Notes: generated from the letters alone by a model not told the origin. Positions 13,628 through 38,338 are shown, counted from the first letter of the stretch. The stretch: DNA of 64,000 bases from Chrysomallon squamiferum (GCA_012295275.1 CM022677.1:23002001-23066000), one strand, 5' to 3'. Numbers and translations are program-made.

Positions 13628-14550
13628 ATGAAGACGACCGTAGCAAGGATAGTTCTAATTATTCAAACATTTCTAAAGTACACCGTTTGTATGTTAATAT
13701 ATTTCCCCATCCTTTCATTCATTCATTTAACATTTTATAATTTGATCCTAATAAATACAACTGTACTGAAATGAATTTTTTAAAATAAAATATCTCATTG
13801 ATAATTTTTCTCTTGCTTTGGTGAAAGTTATAAAAAAGAAACTAATAATGATATTAAAGATTATATGCTAATCTAATTTTTTATATTTTTTTTATACAGT
13901 TTTTATATTTATTTTTTTAATCTTACTTTATTCCAGTGGATGGACAATGGTCAAGCTGGACAATTCTTGAAACTGGTCTTTGCAATGCTCTATGTAACAA
14001 AACTATAATATTTGAAAGAAAGTGTAACAACACAGAATCACAGAATGGAAGAAATGATTGCAAAGGAATCAAACGGAAAATTACCAGAGAGTCATGTATG
14101 GGAGACAACTGTGGTAAGCTTGGCAGTAAAACAATCATGATTACATATCCTATACAGTGTGACATGTAGTATGTGATTATTATTATAATCCATCTGAAAT
14201 CAAAGTTAATTGATATAATGGTAATTAATTCTGTTATTATCATTAGTGTTGTTGATATTTATAATAGTATTATATTATATTATGATTATTTATATTGGTG
14301 ATGTTATTACTGTTGTTTTTGTTCTTAACATTAAAATAATAACAATAATGATAATAATAAATGATTAGAATTATAAATCTATGATCTTTTTTGTCAGTCA
14401 TTTTAAAAAATCAGCTTGACATAGTTATAAGAAGAAGCATATTTATTTTTAAAACTACTTATTGTACAAATGTAGTTTTCAATTTAAAATAGTACAACTA
14501 AATGATGATGATGATGTAAAGATCTAGCATATCTAACTCCTTAGCAGCAG

Positions 14551-14599
<49 letters not shown>

Positions 14600-15083
14600 T
14601 TGATGGAAATTGGGCAACATGGAGTATATCTGAAACTGGTAACTGTACTAAGATGTGTATGTATAAAATTACATTAAGGAGAATGTGTAACAACCCACCA
14701 CCATCTCCTAGAGGAATGGACTGTACTGGAGTCAGTGAAAGACAAATCACAAAATCATGTGTCACAGAAAGCTGTGGTAAAACTGAAATTTTAGTTTGGT
14801 TGTCAAATTAGATTAATTTCTTTTCATATTATAGTGTTGCATTTCTGACATGTATGTAGGTTTTAGAATATATGTGTATGTTTGTCTATGGAAGTATGTA
14901 TGTATACTAACTTGTGTTTTTGTGTGAAAATAACTATTAGGTGAAGGAAAAAAAATCCATGGTTCTAAGATATGAAGGCTTCATTTAAAACTGTTTTTAA
15001 TGTAAGTTAATATTTTTGGAAACAATCTATCTTTTTTGTTGAATATATATATACACACATATATATTTATATATTTAATTTAT

Positions 15084-15114
<31 letters not shown>

Positions 15115-15432
15115 GCTACTTTTATTTTTGTTTGTCTCAGCAGTTGTGGGCAGTCCTGACCTAGGACTTGTCACTCTGATAAGTGTTTCGCTCTTCTTGT
15201 TACTGTGTTTGGTTTCTCTGATCTTCCTCTGGTCCAGGTACACTACTGTTTTTAACTTCCACACTTTGTTATTATTGTATAATCTACTTACCCATTTATC
15301 TATTAACATATGTGTCAGTATATTTATATATATTTAGTTTATATGTGAGATACAGAGTACTTTGTTGAATAGACATCAAAAATTTTATTTTATATGACTG
15401 TCTGTCTCTCTGTTAATATAAAACCTTTATTA

Positions 15433-15520
<88 letters not shown>

Positions 15521-15819
15521 TATTATTATTATTATTATTATTTTTATTATTTTTATTTTAAACTTTAATTTTTATTTTTATTTTTTATTTTTTATTACAT
15601 TTGTTCATTCTGTATATTTAAAGAAAGTACCCAAAGAGGAAGCCAGAAATAAAAATAGTTGATTGTGGCCAAAACCTTCCACAACACTGTAGCAGTTCAG
15701 CTAGGCTGGACGTGTCTTTTGCCACCATGTCACCTTCTGCTGTTGAAGGGTTGAAGAGAGGCCGTGAAGATGGTGCTGGAGCATTTGACAATAAAGCAAT
15801 GACAATGGAAACCAAATAA
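13628..15819 (+). CDS. Gene B: signal peptide - 2 TSR - TM - tail (GON-less short paralogue)
   Basis: Exons 13628-13688 ([20 protein letters not shown]), 13937-14113 (DGQWSSW..), 14600-14776 (DGNWATW..), TM 15141-15237, tail 15624-15819 (..RLDVSFATMS..GAFDNKAMTMETK*). Frames continuous. Confidence 0.85.
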
Positions 15820-15890
15820 ATAAAAATGAGATATCATTTATTTGAGAAAGGAAGAATTGGTTATTTTAACATAGATAATGAGAGATGTTT

Positions 15891-15991
<101 letters not shown>

Positions 15992-16534
15992 TGCAAACAC
16001 ATTCTATTCTGTTTTTGAAATGATACTAAAATATTAACAAGATCTCAATATTAGAATTCATTAACCACATCTTGAACCACATCCATTGACAACCATTCCT
16101 AGATTTGTCCATCTGAGTGAGGAAAGCTGATTATCAGACAGAAAAGAAAGAAAGTGTTTTTTGTCAAACAGTTTTCTTCCTGTGAAGGAAAAGGTTTACC
16201 AGATATTATCTGTGTATCGTTAGAATATAAATATTAAAAACAATAAATATCTGTTAATTTGGAATAGTTTCAAAAAACCAAACAACAACAATCCATAGTA
16301 ATAAATTAACAGCAAACAGTATTTTTTTTTTTTTTTTTTTGTTATTATTTTTTCTTTCTTTCTTTTCTTTTTGTTTTCTTCATTTTGTATTGTTTCCCTG
16401 GAACCACATTTGTTATAATTCAAAGTGGATTTATTTAAAAATAAAACAACAGAATTATTATCATATTTACATACTCGAGAAAGGAACTATTTGTTCCAAA
16501 GAACTGATAATTCTAAACTGTTCGCTGACGTTTA

Positions 16535-16680
16535 TGGTTCGCAAATTTCATGGCGGGAATTGTTTGCTAGCTTTATTTCAATCACAGACGTTTCTAATGA
16601 CGTATTTAGTTAGACTGACGTCGTAAAGAGTAACACAATTTTCATTTAATAAATAAATGTAGCGTGACAGAAAATGGAAA
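16535..16680 (+). promoter_or_regulatory. Upstream module of gene C
   Basis: tttctaatgacgtatttagttagactgacgtc (16591-16622); homologous to the A, B and D modules. Confidence 0.5.
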
Positions 16681-16894
16681 TATTAACTTTTAGTTATAGT
16701 GAATAGATCAGAAATATATGCATATGACTTGTTTGGATTTCTATGGATGTCTTTATGCGTACCGAATTAATTATTTTTTCTGCAGAAAAACGTGCATAAT
16801 AAGGATATTAATTAATACTGCATAATTTTAAAACGATTTCTAAAATGGTGTAATATTGTTTTCGTTTTTGTTAGAACAAATAAGGACAAATATT

Positions 16895-17060
16895 CATTAT
16901 CGTAACTTCGCTTAGAAACACAGACACACACGCACGCACACAGAAAAAAGTGCTACTACTAATAATATAATAAATGACATCTGTTGCATTATTAGTAGTA
17001 GCACTTTTTCTGTGTTTGTGTGTGTGTGTGTGTGTTTGTGAGCAGAAGCTACGATAATGA
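16895..17060. repeat. Inverted repeat immediately upstream of the gene C start exon
   Basis: cattatcgtaacttc..acacagaaaaaagtgctactactaataat is mirrored by attattagtagtagcactttttctgtgt..gaagctacgataatg. Confidence 0.8.
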
Positions 17061-17097
17061 CTATTTGTTCTTATGTCTGCAGTGAAAATAAACCAAG

Positions 17098-26036
<8,939 letters not shown>

Positions 26037-26088
26037 AACCGAAAACAAATTAGGACAAAATGGATGAAACTGACATTTAATAAAATAC

Positions 26089-26121
<33 letters not shown>

Positions 26122-28050
26122 ATAGTCTTGACTCATTATTAATTATGTTTAAATGCAGGTTATATTCATCTTTAATTTGTCTTAGGAAATACTACTGCGA
26201 ATATGTATTTGAAAAAAATGTTGAGCTATTTTAGGTTGTTTTTTTTTTCACTGAGAAATTCATACAGAATCATTATAACGCTGCTAATAGCATTCTTGTA
26301 CTTCTTATCGATATACCTTCTTGATACGAACGCATACGACAGATATTTTCAACGATATGTAAACATCATTAAGTAATAATCGACTTTTTCAGACTTTCCA
26401 GTAATGTCTTGTTATAATCTGTATAAAGAGATATCCTCAACTGTCATGAAACTGTAATTTTAAATGTTTTTATTTTATTATTTAAAAAAAAAAAAAAAAA
26501 AAAAAAACATTAAATAAAAAAAAAAAGAGGCTTAAAACCAAACAAATAAATAAATAAATAATAAAAATAAGGTTTCGTCTTTTCCTGCTTACCTCCCTTC
26601 TTCTAAATGTTAGTGGCTATAGCGGTGATCCAAAATACAAAACTGGGTAACATGAGAAATGAGAAATGACTTGTAACTTTTATAATTAACATTCTTCTAT
26701 CATGAAAAGCAATATCTATGGCTTAATATTGAAAAACAAAATCCTTATTGTAATTTATGAACGAAGTCTTGAAGATTACCCTGAATTCAGGAATTGATGT
26801 TTTCTTTGGCTTTATGATGTATGTGACAATCTTCCGTTCACTAACATTCCCAGGAAGTCGACTGAATAAACAAAGATGATCAGCAGCCAGAGAAAACTGG
26901 AACTGAATGGAAAAGGGGCCTTCAATTCAAGAGAAATATAAATTCTGACAAAACTATTTTTATCTGTCAGGATGATCACTTTTTTGTTCAAGAATTTTAC
27001 TTCCAGTGACGAAAAAAGTTACGCACGACATTCAGGAAGTCTCTTTTCGCCATAATTTTGTTAACGTAGAATATAAATACTAATTAGTTTGAAAGACAAG
27101 TGAGAAATAGAATTTTGACCCCAGAGTAATAGTTTCATAAGTGAATATTCCCCACAGTACAGCTTCCACTTGTTTTTTTCTAAACACTATCACACTTTAA
27201 TTAATTATTTACACAGGTACATTATTTGGATGTAATAAAAATATTAAATATAATTCAATAATTCTTGCAAAACTATCAGACAAGTTGCAATCTGGGACAG
27301 GCTTAAAACGTGTTATTGTGGGGTTTTGGTTGTTTTTTCCTTTTTCTTCTAATTCTTCTTCTGATTTTATTATTATTATTATCATTATTATTATTATTAC
27401 TAAAATGGTCCGATGAACAAATTTGCTTTACAAATTGTTTTAAATAAATAAAAATTTCAAAAATGTGTTTACAAAGATGTTTATCTCATTGTCAGCAATT
27501 TCAAAATTTTATTTACGACATGAATTTCATGAATTTAAATAAAATATATCAGATTATGAATAAAACATACACTTACAAAACCAGCACAAATTCATGTCCT
27601 AACTGAGAGAATCCTTAACCTGGTGAGAAATAAATTCAGACTATCTGTAATTATCTTTTATTATTTTTAACAAGACAGATCAGTTTTGTGTAACTTCCCA
27701 ACTAGATAGTATAATTTTAACACAGAATGCAACTAAATTTTGAAATAAAGCATTATAGGATTCCTGCAAACCTTACAGAGACTGAAAGTTTTTAAGTTAC
27801 TAAACACAAAGTTATTAATAATGACATCATTACAGATTATCAGTTCATCTTAAATTATAGATGGTACAATGTGAAACAATTTAGTTTAGGTGGCCCATAA
27901 AAGAATAATATTTCAGTTTACTATTTTTTCTTCTATCTTTTTTTAATTTCAAAATTTTCTCATATATTAAATTTTTTGTTTATTATTGATTAACTGAAGC
28001 CATTTATTTATTTATTTATTTTTATTTATTTATTTTATTCTTTATTATTA

Positions 28051-28081
<31 letters not shown>

Positions 28082-28920
28082 TGATTTTCAACATCTTTAG
28101 TAGCTGCAATGCACTGTTTGTGTCCAATGGACATTTCTGATGATAAAGATAATTAACTTTAACTCTATGTAAGCTAAAATATTTTAGAGGTTTTAAATTA
28201 AAGATCACGATAGGAAGTTGACAAGACATGAACTGAAAATATGATTTTTTTATATGTATTCTAAATTCCTTAATTCCTCAAAGTTCTCATTAACTATGCT
28301 GGGTACATTTATAATAAGACTCAAAAATAAATATATATATATATACAAATCAAAGTAATCATTAACAACAAGAGAGCATCAATGGAAACTATTTTTTTTT
28401 TAAAGTCTTTTATCTGCATTTGTAACAGTTATCTATAGTTCTCAGTGTTTATACTGAGGTACATTATAGTTCTCAGTGTTTATGTGTTCATATCAAATAC
28501 TGAGGTACATTATGTCATCATCTTTATCTATAGTTCTCAGTGTTTATAATGTCATGTCAAACACTGTGGGCACCCATATATCATGACAGTAAGAGGAATG
28601 ATTTTAAAACCTAAAATGTCATAACCCTTCTGTAAGACCATTCTGGACATATAGTTCTGTGAATTTTCCTTACCTTGTAAATACACCATTTGGTACATTT
28701 ATAAAAAGAACAGTATAGGCAGAAATAATTGCTTAAGAGATTATTATTTGCAGCTGTAACTGTTTGTGTATCTGTAGAGGTTGGCTTGGACTGTGATTGA
28801 CAAACTTTCCTAATTCAACCAAAGATGTCTATAAACTTTCTCAATTACAAGTCAAAACTACAAAACAAAATTTTTATTATCTTTCATTTATTTATCTATT
28901 GTTATTATTATTATTATTAC

Positions 28921-28972
<52 letters not shown>

Positions 28973-29038
28973 GTCTTTGTTAAATGTCAATTGTCTATCA
29001 TTTCTACCACTGTACATGAATATCTGATGTTATCCGCC

Positions 29039-29117
<79 letters not shown>

Positions 29118-29173
29118 ACCCACACCCACACACAAAAACTCTCTCTCTCTCTCTCTTATGCATATACAGATAA

Positions 29174-29647
29174 CTAAAATCTTTTCTCTATATACTTTTT
29201 TTTTTTTCCAACTAATTCGATCCTTTTTAAATCAGTTATATCCACATCCTTTGGTTTCTCATCAGTGGTTATCACTTTGTTGTCAAATGATTCTAAAATG
29301 CCTTCATTATCATGAGTTCCATCTGTTTCCAGTTCAACCACCTTCACTGATGAAACACTGGCAAAGGATACGTCCAGCCTCCCTGAATCACCAAACTGGT
29401 CTTCAATGTATTTTCCAAAGTCATCTATCTGTATCTGCGGTTTCTGCTTCTTTTTCCTCCTCCTTGTAATACAGGGGATGAAAACACAAACATTAATTAA
29501 CAAATGTAATAAACACGTAAATACGTAAATAAATAAAAATTAATCAATAAAAGTAATAAACGTATTAGTGCATAAATAAGGAAAATTAGAAACAGATAGA
29601 TAACACAGAGTCAGATGGGAAAGAGACAGATAGACAGACATACAGAC

Positions 29648-29681
<34 letters not shown>

Positions 29682-30508
29682 TGAAATGTTTAAAAAAACA
29701 AAATATCATTTTCATATAAACAGTATTTTAAAAAATTATTTTACAGAAATCTTTATGATGGAACAAGTTAAAAAGACAATATAAAAGAAATTTTGGTATT
29801 TCTATATTACTATATTTAACACTGTTACACGTGTATGCATATGACTATATATATATAAGAGAGAGAGAGAGATCAAAAAGATAAATAGTTAAATAGTGTC
29901 ATACCTTGAGTAGTAGTATAGTATCACAGAAATCAGACACAGTAATATGAACAAAGAAACAATTATCACAGAGATAAGTATTAGATCAGGACCACCTGAA
30001 ACAGCTATTCAAAGAAATATCAGAGAGATTATATTAATTTGAAATAGGCAAGGCTTCCTACCATAAATTAAAAATATGTTTTTATTTCTCAAACTGACAC
30101 ACACACACACACACACACAGAAACTAAACAGTAAGAAGATGTGAGATTTTTAAAACTAAATCTACAGTTTTTACCACAGCTTCCTCCTGAACAAGATTCT
30201 GTGTAACTTTTGTCATTACTTCCATTACAATGTTTTCCTCTTGGTCCTGGTGCTGGGTTGGTACATGTTCTCCTTAAAGTAACAAGGTGAATACAGTCAT
30301 CTGTACAGTTACCAGTAACATATGTAGTCCAAGACGCCCAGTTTCCATCAGCTGATAATAATAATAAGAAGAATAATAACAATAATAACAGTAATAATGT
30401 CATTAACACAAATCAGAATTATAAAAAATTAGTATTATAATCTTAACCTCACAAAAATTTCATAATTTATTTATAAGACAAAACAACTTCATAATGACTG
30501 CAGCACAC

Positions 30509-30549
<41 letters not shown>

Positions 30550-31819
30550 TTTGATGTATTTGACAACACAATGGTGATAGTTTCATTGCTTACTGCAGTT
30601 TTCTCCAGTACACGGCTCTGAGACTGTTTTCTGGTTTCTTCCTTCGCAGTCATTTCCTCCATGCTGTGGTTCTGGGTTGTCACAATTTCTTTCAAACATA
30701 AGACTTCTGTTGCACATTTTATTGCAGATACCAGTTTCCAGTAGTGTCCAGCTTGACCACTGTCCATGCACTAAAAAAGAAAAATTATTCAAATATAAAA
30801 AACTGAGGCAAACAGTTGTAATTGCTGTAGTTATAAAATATAGTATTCTGTAATTACATTGTGTAATAGAGCATAGCTTAGCACAGTGTAATCACAGTGC
30901 TGTACAGTATAGAGAATAGCAATACATTGTGTAGTATAGTGAACTTAGCACAGTGTAATCACAGTGCTGCATAGTATACAGAATAGCAATACATTGTGTA
31001 GTATAGTGAGTTTAGCACAGTGTAATCACAGTGCTGCATAGTGTACAGCATAGCAATACATTGTGTAGTATAGTGAACTTAGCACAGTGTAATCACAGTG
31101 CTGTATAGTGTACAGAATAGCAATACATTGTGAAGTATAGTGAGCTTAGCACAGTGTAATCATAGTGCTGTATAGTGTACAGTATAGCAATACATTGTGA
31201 AGTATAGTGAGTTTAGCACAGTGTAATCACAGTGCTGAATAGTGTACAATACATTGAATATAGTGAGTTTAGCAAAATCACAGTGCTGTATAGTATAGTT
31301 GAGTTTAGTGAGTTTAGAACAGTGTAATCACAGTGCTGTATAGTGTACAGAAAAGCAACACATTGTGTAATATAGTGAACTTAGCACAGTGTAATCATAG
31401 TGCTGTATAGTGTACAGAATAGCAATACATTGTGTAGTATAGTGAACTTAGCACAGTGTAATCATAGTGCTGCATAGCTACAGAATAGCAATACACTGTG
31501 AAATATAGTGAGCAAAGCTTAGCACAGTGTAATCACAGTGCTGCATATATTCAGCATATTAATTGTGTGTTTATGAAGTTGTTTAATGTATGTATTCATA
31601 TCTTCAAATAATGTTTTTTTTTGAGGTAGCACAGTACAGTACTGTGCAGTGTAGTGTACTGTAGTCCAGTCCAGTTAGTCAGGTAGTTTAAGTTGGTTTA
31701 GTATAGTGTATATATATATTTGCGTATATACCAAATTAAGTTTTCTGTAAATATACTATGGCTAATAAAGTAATTAGTTTGAGTATAAACTGATGCGAAA
31801 CAATAACATATATTTATCT

Positions 31820-31881
<62 letters not shown>

Positions 31882-34800
31882 TATATTATTTTGCTGTGTT
31901 ATTATTATTATTATTATTTAAGAGTAATATAAGATGATCCTCTACTTAATTTGTAATACAACACAAACTACCATACATACCAGGACATGATATGTTTACT
32001 TCACAAACTATAGTCCATGTTTTCCTGCCTTCACCCTCACATGGTTTGCCATTGAACTGTGGTTTAGGATTAGTACATGTGCGGTTTAAAGTAACACTAC
32101 GTACACCAGACTCACACGTTACTGAACAGTCTCCGTTGTGTTGTACCCATGAACTCCATTCACCATCAACTACAACGTAAAACAAAATAAACTTCGCTTT
32201 GTTTTAGTATTAACAAGTTGATTTGTGTCTTGGTATCTTCACTGATAAGGTAAAGTAAACAAGCTTTTGCATTCACCTTCCATTAAAAACAATCATAAAA
32301 AGAACATACTACAGCCTCCTGTATACTAAACATACTGTATGTAAAATAGCTTGTAATAGACTATGTTTCTCAGTCCACTTTTGAATAAGTTAAACATTAA
32401 CACTATTTCTCAACTAAAGTGATAGTTTTGTTCTATCTTACTTTACTCTGTTGTTGTTAATGTGAAATAGTGTTTGATGTTTCATTTTTAATTAATCCAC
32501 AGACAGACTGAGGAATAGTTGAAATGTTTTATCAGATTTCCTCTAAATATATAAAACAAAATTAACAATCAAAATGATTCAGCTTGAATAAACCAAAGAG
32601 TACAGGATTCACTGCTGTAAAATCAATATCACATATTACCTGGGCAGTCAACTTTGGGATCACATGTTTGTGTCTTTGTAATCAAATCTGAGCCTTCACA
32701 TGATTTTCCCGCACCTTTCTGAGGTGGATTTGTGCAAGTTCGACTCAGTGTAATTTGTAGACTGCCAGGACCATCACACGTAACACTACAATCTCCTCTG
32801 TGTGTCTCTGACCAAGAACTCCAACCTCTGTCAACTAAAAACATAGCCAAAAAATAACAGTCTTCATAAGATGTTGATGTATTTATTTAAAGTAATGTAC
32901 AATAGTTTACTGGAGTCTACTGCAGTGTAATGTAATGTAATAATATTATAGTATAGTGTCATATTGTGAAACAGTATATAAAAAACAATAACAATCAAAA
33001 ATATATCTTCTAAATTTGAAATTGATAATATTAATAATAAATAAATAAATAAATAAAAATACAGATAATAATAATAATAAAAACAATAAACAAAGAATCA
33101 TACCAGGACACTGTATGTTTACTTCACAAACTTCTGTCAATGTGTTGCTGTCTTCACCCTCACATGGTTTGCCGTTGAACTGTGGTTTAGGATTAGTACA
33201 CGTGCGGTTTAAAGTAACACTACGTACACCAGATTCACACGTTACTGAACAGTCTCCGTTGTGTTGTAACCACGAACTCCATGCACCGTCAACTACAACA
33301 TAAAATTGAAATAAACGCTTTCATATATGACATCAGTTCCTTGTAATAGCGGTTCTGTGAAAACAGTTTCTCTGGTCTCTTAAACATGAGACGAAGTCAA
33401 CAAATTTTATATTCACCTTCAGATATTCTTGTATATATTCTTGCTATATATATATTTATATATATACACAAAGGTTCATTAACATGGCTAGTAACTGACT
33501 ACATTCCACATGGTATTGATGATTTCAAATATTTCAATAAATCATAAGGTAAACAGGATGAAAGCGGCTCTATGTTCTGCTGTTATCTTATTCAACTCTC
33601 ATGTTGCTGGTCTAACAGTGCAAGTGAGACAGTGTTTGACTTTTCACTCATTGTTAATTCAAAGAAGGACAGGACTGTTTGAACTCTAAATTTACTAAAA
33701 CAAATAAAGAAACAAACAAATAAACAAAGAAAAAAAGAAAGCTACATCAAGTAATATTACCTGGGCAGTCAACATTGGGATCGCATGTTTGTGTCTTTGT
33801 ACTCAAATCTGAGCCTTCACATGGTTTTCCTCCATGCTTTGGTGACGGGTTCGTGCACTTTCGACTCAGTGTAATTTGTAGACTGCCAGGACCATCACAT
33901 GTAACACTACAATCTCCTCTGTGTGTCTCTGACCAAGAACTCCAACCTCCATCAACTGAAAACAAGGCAAGAACAATCTCTATAACAATAAATTCAAAAT
34001 AAAACTGGGTACAAAACGATGCAGATAAAATGTACAACCTAGCAAAAGAACCTAACTTACTATTTTACTAAATAAATAAATACTGGGGCAGTCAACCATG
34101 TTGCAGTTTTCCACTGAAAACAGCGCTGAATTCCCTAGACAGTTGCGGCCTCCTCGCTGAGGTGCAGGATTGTCACATTCTCTGAATCGTTTAACATGGC
34201 GTCTCCCCTCCCCACACAACATCTCAGTACTTAAAAGTCACCAGTCAGTAACATATCCCCAAAGAACTTCAGTTGATAGGTGAGCACATTTAGATTCAAA
34301 GATTTGGCAGGTTTTGGTATGCACATTCAGAAAGGTTGTCCTCTGCAGTAAATATAACATGATGTAATTGTCTGTTTAAAATTAAATGGACTGATTTCAA
34401 ATAATCATAGTCCACAGCTGAATGAGTGAAATAATAACACTATTTTGTGTGTACAACAGTTTGTTGTCTTGTTGCTCATCTAGGTTAAAATCCTTTTTTG
34501 TTGATCTAAAATTATCAGTCTTGTTAGAAATAATTTTAGATTTTATTTACCTCCAAGTCCAGAAGTTCTCCATTCCAATACAAAAATGTGAAACAGTTGA
34601 TGTTTCACTTATCATTCTTTCAAACATGGAGTATTTAAAAAAGTTGGATTCTAAATGAGGAATCATCAACTTCTTTGTGGAGTACATGATCTCTCATGTA
34701 ATATACATAAATTATTCTATTTTATAAAATTTTACAAAAACAACAACTTTAAAAAGAAACATGTGCTCTTGTTTTGTGGTTGTAGTTTCAGAATTGCAGG

Positions 34801-36210
34801 TTTCCAAACTAGGGTTATTCACATGATAAAGTGGTTATCTTGTTGCAGTAAGCCAGTAAGTAACTTCTCTTCCCTGCTTTACTACATAATCTACATCAAG
34901 TAATATTACCTGGGCAGTCAACACTGGGATCGCATGTTTGTGTCTTTGTAATCAAATCTAAGCCTTCACATGGTTTTCCTGCACCTATCTGAGGTGGATT
35001 TATGCATCTTCGACGCAGTGTAACTTGTTGACTGCCAGGACCATCACACGTAACACTACAATCTCCTATGTCTGTCTCTATCCAAGAAGTCCAACCTCCA
35101 TCAACTGAAAACAAGGCAAGAACAATACATTCAAAATAAAACTGGGTACAAAACGATGCAGATAAAATGTACAACCTAGCAAAAGAACCTAACTTACTAT
35201 TTTACTAAATAAATAAATACCGGGGCAGTCAACCATGTTGCAGTTTTCCACTGAAAACAGCGCTGAATTCCCTAGACAGTTGCGGCCTCCTCGCTGAGGT
35301 GCAGGATTGTCACATTCTCTGAATCGTTTAACATATAGCCTCCCCTCCCCACACGTCACACTACAGTTGACTTCAATTTCAACCTGCCACGGACCCCACC
35401 CACCATTCACTGTGAAATACATTTGTAACACAGAAAACAATCATTACGTCCACCTCAGTCACAAAACAGCAAAAGCAATAATGGTGATGGAACAGTGTTA
35501 GTATGTTTATTCATGTGTGTATGTTTCTGTGTGAGTGTCACTGTGTTTGATCTGTATTTTTGAGTTCTATGTATGTTTTAATAGCATTTTTCTCAATATA
35601 TGGGCATGTTTGTATATGTATGTATTAATGTATGTGTATGTTTATTTCTGTATGTATGTAATGATTTAATATATTTGTATGTGTATTTACATGTATAAAT
35701 TAATTTAAATATATAATGTACATGTATGCCCGTTTGCATGTGATGTGTGTGTGCATATATATAAATATATATAAATGGATGCATGTATGTATGCATGTAT
35801 GTATTATGTAGTTAGGTATTTAGGTAGGTAGGTAGGTAGTTAGGTAATAGGTAGGTAGGTAGGTAGTAGGTGGGTAGGTAGGTAGTATAGGTAGGTAGAT
35901 AGGTAGGTAGGTAGGTAGGCCAGTATGCATGTATTTATAAACATATACCTTGCCAGCGCTCTACGAACAGTTTGCCATCAGGTTTACACCCACCACAGAA
36001 TCCTCCACACTGCCCCACAATGTACTCAACTGTGAACCTGGCCACCCTTTTGTACGTGCTCTTGCCAAATGTTTTCCATTTCGTCTTTAAAACAAAAACA
36101 AAAATAAATAAAAAAGATTTCTCACTCTCAGAGTTCTCAATGCCCCATCTGTTTTTCTGTATGTATGCCGATGCTCACATATGTGAGGATGTTGGTATGT
36201 GGGTGTATGT

Positions 36211-36280
<70 letters not shown>

Positions 36281-37656
36281 GGTTTAAATCAATACTTCGG
36301 GACTTCTGTATTTGTTATCCCAGGTATTTCTCTTGTCGTTTTGTACTGCTGTAACTTCTCTAAAAAGTAGAAAATGTATTGTTATTGTGAAAAATAATTT
36401 TGAACGTATTCCTTTATACGTGTATGTATTTGTGTGTATTTGCATGTGAAGGTGTGTTTGTATGTATGTATGTATGTATGTACGTGCAGGTTTGTTAGTG
36501 TATGTGTTAAAATATTTTTCTTTCTATGCTGTAAAACACTGTTTTTTATTTTTGACAACCAACCAGACAATGAACAAAAAAATAAAATAAAATAAGTAAG
36601 TAAACTTGTAAGTAGGTAAGTAAGAAAATAAGTAAGTAAGAAACTAAGTAAATAAAATGACTACCGAAGGCTTTATGACAAAGTCAGTATTGCGAAGATC
36701 AATCTGAAAATAGCCTTCAAGTCCACATTTGTGTTTCTTATTGTCTTTGTGAGCAACAAAACAGTCTCTAGCTACAGCGTATGGAATCGGCTGACCTCCT
36801 CTTGTTGTAGCAAAGGTGAAATCATCTGTTACAACTTCCATCGTCTTAAAAACAAAAGACATTTCTGTGCTAAGCATCTAGACTGGTTTGCATACAGACA
36901 CAGCATACAACAGTCTACTATAATGAATCACTATATCATAATTAGGTGCTAAAAAATGATAGTATTATATGTAGTTTACTATCCTGTAATATATAGTTTA
37001 CTATTGTATATGATACTACACTATACACTAATCAAAACTATTCTAGATTACTACATATAAGTATAGTAAAGCATAGAATAATTAAGTTTAATGCATAGTG
37101 TAGTATTAATATACAAATACATTAATGTGTAGTGAGTTTTAATATGTGATGTAGCACAAGATTATGTGGGTAACATAATTTACTATGGCACTTTAACATA
37201 AAATAACTGTGATATCTTACTACTGCTTGTCAATAAACGTGTCTAACACAACCTCTTTCTGTCTCTGGGATTGTACTTACATCCATGAGAATTGCTATTT
37301 TTCTAAATACTGTTTCTGCAGGCTGATAAGGAAGAGGCCCCGGAGGTGGTCCATCGCAGTATTTGTCTGGATGTTTGGCTATGTTGTGTCTGCTCAGGGT
37401 AATGAAACTCTTTGGGGTTTCTTTCATGTTGTAACAGAAAACAGTGACTGCCTCGTTCAGTAGCATAGGTGGAAACAGAATGTATTCCCCATCTCTTGCA
37501 ATTCCCCGTTCTGCCTTTACATCAGAGCAGTCTTTTGGTCTGGCTGTGGACATGATATTAGTTTTATAGTAAAGCATCTCTATTTTCTATAGTAAAATAT
37601 ACACAAACAAACATACATACATACATACATACTTACCTATATATAAATATATAATG

Positions 37657-37689
<33 letters not shown>

Positions 37690-37857
37690 ACATCACTATA
37701 CACACACACATATACACATCATAAACACACTAGTAGTTAAATCAGTATGATGTGTACACACATAAAAAAAATGAACGTGTGATTTGTGAATATATTATTT
37801 ATGTTTAACACAGACACCCAACCAAACATATAACACATACACACACACACAAACACA

Positions 37858-37901
<44 letters not shown>

Positions 37902-38286
37902 CATACACACAAACACACAAACACATCCACACACACACACAAACACACAGAAACACACGCACACACACATTAACCTATATTATGAACTGTTCACATTAAT
38001 CCGCACTGTATATGAGTATGTTCATTATAATTCAGTATAATAATTGTGTTTTCATATAGGTGTACATATACATATAATCATACATTCAAATAATGTGTTT
38101 TTGTATGTATGTATGTATGAATATGGTTTCTATAATATTTATTTGTACTAGGGATATTGAAAGTGCCACATCTAAACAGTTGGATAACATTATAATCCTC
38201 TATTTATCTGTCATTATAAATTTTTGAAAAGTGATAAATACTTACATGCAACTGTTGTTAAAATAAAATATAAAAAATGTTTAAAA

Positions 38287-38338
<52 letters not shown>

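Noticed and set aside
26100-29100. Possible hidden gene between the convergent 3' ends of C and D
   Set aside because: No coherent exon chain found; the region looks like UTR or intergenic DNA with short local repeats (e.g. 28430-28550).
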